Shown here: positions 19,018 through 25,678 of the stretch, piece by piece
Layout of the letters: the number at the start of each line of letters is the position of its first letter
Numbering within the stretch: position 1 is the stretch's first letter
DNA from: Chlamydiota bacterium
GTDB taxonomy: Bacteria; Auribacterota; UBA3054; B51-G9
Assembly (NCBI GenBank): GCA_003648225.1
Contig: QMOL01000002.1
Location: forward strand, 1 to 33,980
DNA length: 33,980 nt
Direction: 5' to 3'
Made by a program: the position numbers and the translations under genes
Notes under the pieces: model-generated
Databases searched by the model: none
Told to the model about the DNA's origin: nothing
Seen by the model: only the letters and a program-made list of their open reading frames with translations

Positions 19018-20094
19018 TTATTCGATAAAGTCCTTTGGTATAAATGTTCCTGTAAACGGTATTATTCTATCCCCGCGCTGTATTCTTTTCGTTTCTGATT
19101 CTATCATTGCGATACTGTATCCGGGATAAACTTCCGTAACGCGAAGCAACCCTATTTTCAGTTCCGCGTGGCCGAGAGATCTTCCTGTTTCCGGGTCAAT
19201 CAAATCTCTTGCACTGGCATTTGCACCCATATCCCGAACAACAAAGAAGCGGTCGTTTTTCAGCACTCCTTCTTTTTGACCTGCGGAAAGGTAAACTTTA
19301 ATAACAGTTTTTGTGCGTTTTTTCCCTGTTAACATTTCCTGTTCATACTCTTCCTTGTTTTGAGATGAATCGGAAATAAAACCACCTTGTGCCGCTCCGC
19401 TACGAAGAACATCTTTACCCGGTTTATACGCTTCTATCCTAATAATTCGCGCGTACCAAGCGTTATCACCAAGTCGATTCAATACTTTTGAAATTGCCGC
19501 TTCTATAGTTTCATATCTGTCTGCTTTTCGCGCACGACCGGTAATAACTTCTCCGGTTCTAATATCAAATAGTCGTACCCGAACGATAAAATTATCTCCG
19601 CTTTTATTCCAACTTGCCGTAAGATAATAATGAATACCAAGAATCGGCTTGTCCTGATTTTTTACATCGGAAGCTACTATTCCGTTATCCTGCAAACTAC
19701 GCTCATTTAAAATTGATCGCAGTTTCGCCCGCTCGATGACATTAACTTTTTCCGTGTCATCAACCGCGCAGACCAAATCATCGAAGAAATCTTCTTGTGG
19801 AGTATCAAAATTAAATGTAAGATTTGATACAACAGGACTTGTTCCGCTTTTCAACAAAATTTCAAACCAGTTTTTGGGCAGAACAGCAATATTATATTTC
19901 ACCCGTTTAGTAACCGATGGAACAGTATTTTGAGCAGTTTTGGAATCGGTTTTCGGGGTTGTTATTTTTTTAGGAACTATTTTTTCAATTGATTTCTGTT
20001 TTAATGGCGTAGCAGGCTTATTTGTTTTAACCGCAAATAAAAAATTCGCTGTTAGAACAAAAACCGTACAAAAAATTATAATGGATAGTTTCAT
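19018..20094 (-). CDS. secreted protein (358 aa): Pro/Lys/Thr-rich linker, CsgG/LpoB-like core, C-terminal beta-domain reminiscent of FlgT_C
   Basis: Has a signal peptide. The core reads YNIAVLP...VNVIERAKLRSILNE...HYYLTASW...VRVRLFDIRTGEVITG. The C-terminus reads VIKVYLSAGQKEGVLKNDRFFVV...IGLLRVTEVYPGYSIAMIES...IQRGDRI. Domain naming is by pattern only. Confidence 0.6.
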   Translation of the reverse strand: MKLSIIIFCTVFVLTANFLFAVKTNKPATPLKQKSIEKIVPKKITTPKTDSKTAQNTVPSVTKRVKYNIAVLPKNWFEILLKSGTSPVVSNLTFNFDTPQEDFFDDLVCAVDDTEKVNVIERAKLRSILNERSLQDNGIVASDVKNQDKPILGIHYYLTASWNKSGDNFIVRVRLFDIRTGEVITGRARKADRYETIEAAISKVLNRLGDNAWYARIIRIEAYKPGKDVLRSGAAQGGFISDSSQNKEEYEQEMLTGKKRTKTVIKVYLSAGQKEGVLKNDRFFVVRDMGANASARDLIDPETGRSLGHAELKIGLLRVTEVYPGYSIAMIESETKRIQRGDRIIPFTGTFIPKDFIE

Positions 20095-20346
20095 TTTTTT
20101 GTTTTGTTATTTGTGAAATTTGTTTTTTTTGACACTGATTTACACTGATTTTATATTTCTTTTTTTTAATTTAATCTTTTCTTTTCCGTGAGTATCCGTG
20201 ATATCCGTGTCGGCATTTTTTTTACACTGATTTCACTGATTTCACTGATTTACACTAATTTTAATAATTCTTGGTTTATATAATGCAAAGTTTTTAAATT
20301 TATTTATTTCCGTGAATATCCGTGATATCCGTGTCGGCATTTTTTT
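20095..20346. repeat. intergenic spacer module, copy 2 (20095-20220) and partial copy 3 (20221-20346)
   Basis: Both copies contain CACTGATTT arrays followed by TTCCGTGA(G/A)TATCCGTGATATCCGTGTCGGCATTTTTT. Copy 2 also shares the GTTTTGTTATTTGTGA leader with copy 1. Confidence 0.9.
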
Positions 20347-20743
20347 ATTTCGCGTATCTTATACTTATCACATAATCAACAGGTTTATCCGATAAAGAAT
20401 TCGACTCGAAAGTATAGATTTCATAATGACCGAGAACAACCGGCATCCAATTAGTTTCATCAACAAAGAAATTATCTTTATCTTTAAAGCGAACTTTTAC
20501 TTGTAAGGGTAAAGATTTATCTGTTTGATTTTTAATTTGTGCTTCGACTTTCAGCAGACCATTTGCTAATCGGCTACTCCGTAATCCGGTTATGGTAATA
20601 TCATCCTGTAATTTGTCGTCCATTAAAACAACTTTTTCTGTAACTTCAAGAGCATTATCTTCACGCGTTGCTGTATAAGGACCAACACACGAAGACAGGA
20701 AAACTACCATTGCCATACTTAATAATAAGATTATTTTCATCAT
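20345..20743 (-). CDS. YcfL-like (DUF1425-type) lipoprotein
   Basis: 132 aa, lipobox LSSC. The beta-rich body reads LLKVEAQIKNQTDKSLPLQVKVRFKDKDNFFVDETNWMPVVL...DYVISIRY. This parallels E. coli YcfL (..VTVHYRFYWYDARGLE...VRLYLYL). GGAG spacing favours the second Met (20740) as the start. Confidence 0.6.
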   Translation of the reverse strand: MMKIILLLSMAMVVFLSSCVGPYTATREDNALEVTEKVVLMDDKLQDDITITGLRSSRLANGLLKVEAQIKNQTDKSLPLQVKVRFKDKDNFFVDETNWMPVVLGHYEIYTFESNSLSDKPVDYVISIRYAK

Positions 20744-20810
20744 AACTCCTTTTTTTGTTTAGTTGCGATTTTTAAAAAGCATAATTCAGGTTAAAATAAT
20801 AGATTACAAA

Positions 20811-21059
20811 TTATTCATCGCGACAGGTGGAACATTGTTCACAAACTTCTATACCAAGTGCTTTGAACACGGCTTGCATTGTTCGATATGTAACTCCTAA
20901 ATCTCCTGTTTCCAGACGCGACAACGTTTTTCTGCTTATTCCCGCTTTAGCTGCTAGAAATTCCTGTGTCCAACCATATTTTTCTCTTAATCTCAAAACT
21001 TTTGAAACATAATTGCAAACAATGTTTTTATTTTTATGCATATTTTTATTTGATTTCAT
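20811..21059 (-). CDS. XRE-family helix-turn-helix regulator with C-terminal CxxCxxC
   Basis: 82 aa. The HTH reads WTQEFLAAKAGISRKTLSRLETG. The tail reads CEQCSTCRDE. Confidence 0.8.
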   Translation of the reverse strand: MKSNKNMHKNKNIVCNYVSKVLRLREKYGWTQEFLAAKAGISRKTLSRLETGDLGVTYRTMQAVFKALGIEVCEQCSTCRDE

Positions 21060-21074
21060 AAATTTAATTATTAA

Positions 21075-21116
21075 ATTATATTAAAATGATTACTTAAAGT
21101 CCACGTCATATATGAC
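21075..21116 (-). promoter_or_regulatory. candidate promoter of the XRE gene with adjacent 12-bp palindrome (possible operator)
   Basis: The minus strand reads GTCATATATGAC (21105-21116), G, TGGACT (21098-21103), a 17-nt spacer, then TATAAT (21075-21080). Confidence 0.4.
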
Positions 21117-21345
21117 TCATGCAGTGCCGATATATGATAAGTTACAGGCACTGCTGAGGAATCAGGCTGCCGCCTGATTAATTTTCATGTGTTTGCATGC
21201 TGATAAATTGCTGGGCAAATTGCGGTTCTTCAACCGCTCACCACTCACTACTATGCCCTATGAAGTCTTACTCAACCAGGGAAGAGGTAATTACCTTCTC
21301 ACCTTTCAACTGTGAACAGTATGACTGTTCATTATATATACGCAA
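21105..21345. ncRNA. candidate structured non-coding RNA or regulatory hairpin cluster (strand unresolved)
   Basis: GC is about 46% over 21121-21300 by hand count, against about 20-25% in the flanks. Local hairpins: GCAGTGCC/GGCACTGC (21121-21154), AATCAGGC-TGCC-GCCTGATT (21160-21179), GCGGTT-CTTC-AACCGC, GGTAATTACC and TGAACAGT-ATG-ACTGTTCA. There is no ORF of 60 aa or more. Confidence 0.3.
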
Positions 21346-21390
21346 GCCAGCTAATTTTCTTGCATTTGCAAAATAATTTAATAACAAAAC

Positions 21391-21410
21391 GAATGATTGT
21401 CATTCTTTTT
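21391..21410. terminator. weak bidirectional hairpin terminator downstream of the CHAT gene
   Basis: GAATGA-TTG-TCATTC is followed by TTTTT on the plus strand. On the minus strand the same hairpin is followed by GTTTTGTTATT. Confidence 0.35.
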
Positions 21411-21488
21411 ATCTGTAAGATAATAAAATTATATTTTTTAATTAGTGGGAATTAGTGAAATCCGTGTCTAAGTTTTAAAATATCGAAG

Positions 21489-24452
21489 TTATTCCGCATT
21501 ACCATTGAGAATAAACGAACTCCAAAAAAAAGGATGGCAGAATTGTTTGGAGCTTTTCAATTGAATTTTTGCATTGAATAATGATTTAACAGGACTCTGT
21601 TTTTTATTTAAATTTTCATAAAATTGTTTCATTAATTCATTAGTCCCTTTGTCATCTATGCTCCAGAGAGACGCAACAACATTTCTCGCTCCGGCATAGA
21701 AAAAAGCGCGTGCAAGACCTGAAATGGATTCGTCATCACCACACTCAACTAATCCTGACTGGCAAGCGCTTAAAACGATAATATCAGCATTAAGGTTCAG
21801 GTTAAAAATTTCGCTCATTTTCAGAAAACCATCGTTCTCTTTATCACCGTAAATTGACAGCACAAGACAAGGTTCAGCAAAACCTTTAATTTGTCCGGGT
21901 AATATTCCATGAACAGCGAAATGAATATATTTATATTTATTGAGACCGCTGTTGTTATTCAGGCTTTTTAATATAGATTCGCTTGCTCGATTTTGAATAT
22001 AAATAAATTGCTTGTTATTGTTGCCGTAGAAAATACGTGAAATATATTCCACCTCCTTTTTTGTGGCAGGTAAAGGCTTTAAAGATATGTCCCCGTTACT
22101 CCCAAATTGCAATGATCGGGTTGCTATTCTATTATGAGTAATATCAAATGAAACAAGAGCATTTGCAATTTTATAAGAAGTTTTATTTAGAAATATAGAT
22201 ATTTTAGATTTTATAGCCTGCTCTTTTGTGTAAATCGGGTCTCCAACAAGAAGCGCCGGAAAACGTTTTTCTGATGACTGACAGTTAGTCTCAAGCATGA
22301 CCACGCTTTGCGTGTTACTTCGTGAGCGCCGGGCGCTTGCACGAGTTGATAGATGGTAGTTAATATTTAGTCTTTCATTTTTTTTGACTGCTCTGAGTAC
22401 CGTAGCAGAAGGAATATAAGCAAACTTAACATTATTCAACATATAATTTAATGTTGAGAATGAAGTGCCGTTGGTATTTGAAATAAGAGCCGAAAAAGGT
22501 ATAGCGGCAAGATTACCGTGTGGAACTATAAATATAGTTTTGGGATTATCATTTGTTATTTTCTCGGCAAAGGGTTGTAAAATTTGACTATACAAGTTAA
22601 AACTTGCAGATTTAAAATCACTTAATTTTGAAAGTGCACCGTGGAATTCAAGGGTATGACGAAAATTCGCAATAAGGTTATTTAGTCTTTCAGAAGAAAT
22701 TTTATGGGCAAGGAAATAAAAATTAGTTTTGCCAATGACAATAGCAAATAGATGCTCATTTCCAATCCAGTAGTTTACAAGGACTTCATTATTTTTTAAT
22801 ATTTTATTTTGCACCTGACTTACAGTAATAGGTTTAGGTTTTCTCAATTCAGAATAACGAGGGTATTTATTATCAAATTCAGTTTTAAGATTATTCAGCT
22901 TCGATCTTACATCCGACAGTTGCAGCTCAATATCCGCTATAAGGTTATTATCTTTTAATTGTTTCGGTTTGGCGATTTCGTTACGCATTCGTTTTTCGAG
23001 ACTTTGCTTTTTTACAATGAGTCTTCTTTCTCTTTTTTTATCTTTGGAAGTTAAATTACATCTTTTTGTAGCAGTAGCATTGTAGATTTGCTGAAGCAAT
23101 TTCCTTGACCGGGAGATTTCAGTTATCCAAAATGTTTTTTCAGCATAAACGTCAGCCAAATCAATAGTGTTTTTGAGCAACAATAATTCACATTCAAGAA
23201 AATCAGAACAACTTTTCTGCTGCTGCTTTCTAAGTGATTTAGAAAAATCTTCTCCACCGGCGGTAACGGTTGATAATTCGAGTATTTTTGTGCTTGAAAC
23301 AAATAACTTCACGGCCTTAACATAGTTTGTCTGCTTCACACATACACTTGCAAGTTTACCGATAATATTAGCGGTATTCGGATTACTTTTACCAAAAAGA
23401 AGTTTAGAGATTTTTAACGCTTTATTATATTCTCTTTCCGCGACATCATACTTTTCGAGTTTAAAATTAATATCGCCGAGCAAGACAATAGCCGACATAG
23501 TAGCTATATGGTTTAATGAATGGAATTCGAGTGCGGATTTGTAAGCCATTTCACCATATTTTTTAGCGAGCAGGTATTTTTTTTGAAGAAAATACAGATT
23601 TGCAATATTTCTTAAATTAAAGTTTTTGCCTTCTGAGGGGTAAGGTAGAGAATTATAAAAGTCAATATTTTCTAAATATATTTTTTCAGCTTTTTTATAT
23701 TTTTTTTGCTTTGAATAAATACCCGCGATCTTTGTTTTGATTTTACACGTGTCATGTGTTTTTTCTCCAATTAATGCTATTCGCATTTTCAAAGCGCGCT
23801 TTAAAAGTGGTTCTGCAGCTTCATAATTACCGATTGAACGGTAAAGCGAAGCGAGGTTATTCATTGATACGGTAAGTCGGTAAGCATTTGTATTTAATAT
23901 TTGTTTATAAATATCAAAAGCTTCTTTGTATAATTTTTCCGCCTCTGCGTATTTACTTTGAATATGATACAATAAAGCCTTATTATTTAAGTGATTAGCG
24001 GTACATAAATTTATTCTGCCAACTGCCTGCTCGATTGTTTTGATACCGTGATTATGGAAATGCTCTGATTTATCGTATTCGCCGATTAACCTGTAAACAT
24101 TACCGAGCCCGTAGTAAGTATCCGCGATCTCGATATGCGCATTTGTGTAAATTGTTTTACGAATATTCAGTGTTTTATAATAATAAGGAAGTTCCTCTTC
24201 ATATTTTCCGTTATAATAATACGACATAGCCATTTGATCGTAAAGATCCGCAATGTAGGCGTCATTAGTTCCTGTCTTTTGAATAGCCGCATCGAGTTTT
24301 TTTTGTATAATGTTTCTTCCTTCGTTAAATTTACCTTTATTATATAATACTTTAAGTTCATTTTTGAACTCTTCTGTTACTCGTTCGGCAAAAGATACCG
24401 GTGCGAAAAGTAAAAAAATTAATAATAATATTTGGTAATATTTTGAAATCAT
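21489..24452 (-). CDS. exported TPR-repeat / CHAT-domain caspase-like protease
   Basis: From the internal Met there is a signal peptide, MISKYYQILLLIFLLFAPVSFA/E. Multiple TPR-like repeats follow (Y..G.Y..A...Y..AL periodicity), then a basic coiled-coil-like middle. The C-terminal CHAT domain has a His (YIHFAVHG) and Cys (IVLSACQSG) dyad. The ORF-track start at 24503 would lie inside the candidate promoter. Confidence 0.8.
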   Translation of the reverse strand: MISKYYQILLLIFLLFAPVSFAERVTEEFKNELKVLYNKGKFNEGRNIIQKKLDAAIQKTGTNDAYIADLYDQMAMSYYYNGKYEEELPYYYKTLNIRKTIYTNAHIEIADTYYGLGNVYRLIGEYDKSEHFHNHGIKTIEQAVGRINLCTANHLNNKALLYHIQSKYAEAEKLYKEAFDIYKQILNTNAYRLTVSMNNLASLYRSIGNYEAAEPLLKRALKMRIALIGEKTHDTCKIKTKIAGIYSKQKKYKKAEKIYLENIDFYNSLPYPSEGKNFNLRNIANLYFLQKKYLLAKKYGEMAYKSALEFHSLNHIATMSAIVLLGDINFKLEKYDVAEREYNKALKISKLLFGKSNPNTANIIGKLASVCVKQTNYVKAVKLFVSSTKILELSTVTAGGEDFSKSLRKQQQKSCSDFLECELLLLKNTIDLADVYAEKTFWITEISRSRKLLQQIYNATATKRCNLTSKDKKRERRLIVKKQSLEKRMRNEIAKPKQLKDNNLIADIELQLSDVRSKLNNLKTEFDNKYPRYSELRKPKPITVSQVQNKILKNNEVLVNYWIGNEHLFAIVIGKTNFYFLAHKISSERLNNLIANFRHTLEFHGALSKLSDFKSASFNLYSQILQPFAEKITNDNPKTIFIVPHGNLAAIPFSALISNTNGTSFSTLNYMLNNVKFAYIPSATVLRAVKKNERLNINYHLSTRASARRSRSNTQSVVMLETNCQSSEKRFPALLVGDPIYTKEQAIKSKISIFLNKTSYKIANALVSFDITHNRIATRSLQFGSNGDISLKPLPATKKEVEYISRIFYGNNNKQFIYIQNRASESILKSLNNNSGLNKYKYIHFAVHGILPGQIKGFAEPCLVLSIYGDKENDGFLKMSEIFNLNLNADIIVLSACQSGLVECGDDESISGLARAFFYAGARNVVASLWSIDDKGTNELMKQFYENLNKKQSPVKSLFNAKIQLKSSKQFCHPFFWSSFILNGNAE

Positions 24453-24504
24453 TAGCTTTTGTTTGTGTTTAGGATTGGTACTAATGTTATGCCAAATTTG
24501 CAAT

Positions 24505-24530
24505 GTCGAATTTTAACAATCTTTGTTCAA
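24505..24530 (-). promoter_or_regulatory. ECF-type promoter candidate upstream of the CHAT gene
   Basis: The minus strand reads TTGAAC (24525-24530), a 16-nt spacer, then CGAC (24505-24508). The layout resembles AAC-N16/17-CGxx promoters of ECF sigmas. It sits about 50 nt upstream of ATG 24452. Confidence 0.3.
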
Positions 24531-24646
24531 CCACGGAAGGTTTTTACCTATTTATTAAAAATCTTAACATAAAGTTATTTCTCCAAAATGATTAAAAAAA
24601 TATTATTTATTCACAAAAAATAATAAGCAAATGCCTGCAAATCAAA

Positions 24647-24669
24647 TTTGTCCCGATAATCGGGAGAAA
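24647..24669 (-). terminator. hairpin of the GTCCCGAT/ATCGGGA family, possible terminator of the anti-sigma gene
   Basis: The minus strand reads TTTC-TCCCGA-TTA-TCGGGA-CAAA followed by TTTGATTTG. About 37 nt are near-identical to the terminator at 11074-11110. Confidence 0.4.
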
Positions 24670-24675
24670 TTTCCT

Positions 24676-24786
24676 CCGAGTGCCTAAAACTTAACAATTA
24701 CCGGCACGATATCCGAATGCCTGCCGTTAACCAAACCTCGGTACGACAACCGAGTGCCTAACGTATGGCAATTATCGGGTCTTCAT
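24676..24786. repeat. three degenerate direct repeats with exact 37-nt period
   Basis: Units start at 24676, 24713 and 24750. Each begins CCGA(G/A)TGCCT and ends with an AA..(A/C)(C/T)CGG.(A/T)C block. Confidence 0.7.
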
Positions 24787-24815
24787 CTCGTGAATTTCGG
24801 TTTACGGGATGGTGA

Positions 24816-25301
24816 TTAATCGACATTGTTATTTTTATTGGTTATTTGTAACTGATAAACATTGGTTGATGCTGTTACTCCGCGAAGAGTGATTTGCGAC
24901 TCCGAAGTTTCGGAAGATGATTTTATTTTTCCTGCAATAAAAAATGATCCTGTAATTATAATAACCAAACATGCCGCACAGCTAAGTATTGAAATAGCAG
25001 TATGTTTTGAAAAATATGAAAGATTTAAAAAACTTGACGTTTGACGTTTAATGTTTGCTGATTGAGTTTGATGCTCTTCATTCAAGTCTTGTGATGGAAG
25101 AGTTTGTAATATTGTTTTTAATTGCTTATTTGTTTCCGACAAAGTTTCAATTTTCCTAACTTCTTCCGGTGAAGCAGTTCCTTCAATATACCTTGCAAGC
25201 ATATTATCATCAATATCATCTTCTTCCGGCGGCATAGCCGGTTGATTTCTAATTTCACGATAATAGTCGTGCAGCATTTGTTCTAAATTTTCTGTTTTCA
25301 T
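24816..25301 (-). CDS. putative single-pass membrane anti-sigma factor
   Basis: 161 aa. The cytoplasmic N-domain contains LARYIEGTASPEEVRKIE, as in FecR/RskA-type N-termini. One TM helix (AISILSCAACLVIIITGSFFIA) and a short exported tail follow. It lies downstream of an ECF sigma gene. There is no zinc HxxxCxxC motif. Confidence 0.4.
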   Translation of the reverse strand: MKTENLEQMLHDYYREIRNQPAMPPEEDDIDDNMLARYIEGTASPEEVRKIETLSETNKQLKTILQTLPSQDLNEEHQTQSANIKRQTSSFLNLSYFSKHTAISILSCAACLVIIITGSFFIAGKIKSSSETSESQITLRGVTASTNVYQLQITNKNNNVD

Positions 25302-25360
25302 TTTTCAAACCACAATTCTATTTTATTTTGATTCTCCTGTCTGTCTTGTAAATCCCCGTT

Positions 25361-25389
25361 ATAATACACAATCGGGGCAAGCTTATCAA
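25361..25389 (-). promoter_or_regulatory. sigma70-type promoter candidate for the anti-sigma gene
   Basis: The minus strand reads TTGATA (25384-25389), a 17-nt spacer, then TATTAT (25361-25366). Confidence 0.35.
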
Positions 25390-25678
25390 AGTAATCCCAA
25401 TCGCGCAGCAGAAGCTACGCGCAACGTTTCATTTTATCCCGACAATCGGGACACATAGTAAATGCCGCTGTCGCGTCTTTACGACTGCACTTTATACTCA
25501 ATATCCAACAACCAACACGGAACACCCAAGTTATGAAATTGTTCTATACTTTTACATTGCTCATTTCTGCTTCAAAAGTGCGCCTGTGGCGTATTGATTA
25601 TTGAGTGTTTAATTGTTCCATCAACCCATTCATCCAATAATCCATTATCCATTATTCATTAATATATACGCGCTCCGA

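Noticed and set aside
21112-21314. Small ORFs in the hairpin island (21 aa at 21112-21177, MTHAVPIYDKLQALLRNQAAA; 42 aa beginning at the ATG at 21187)
   Set aside because: There is no RBS and no recognisable peptide features. The ORFs run through the stems of the hairpins, so an RNA or regulatory interpretation is more economical. They remain a remote possibility as leader or RiPP-like peptides.
21489-24452. CHAT protease as part of a type III-E CRISPR (Craspase) or gasdermin-type defence module
   Set aside because: There are no cas/gRAMP, gasdermin-like, NACHT or nuclease genes nearby. The protein has a Sec signal peptide, which points to an envelope rather than cytoplasmic defence role.
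24639-24786. Possible CRISPR array (37-nt periodic repeats) and, more generally, the short tandem arrays
   Set aside because: Only about 10-12 nt per unit are conserved and the rest is degenerate rather than unique spacer. There are only three units and no cas genes in the window. The 8-10 nt arrays are far too short.
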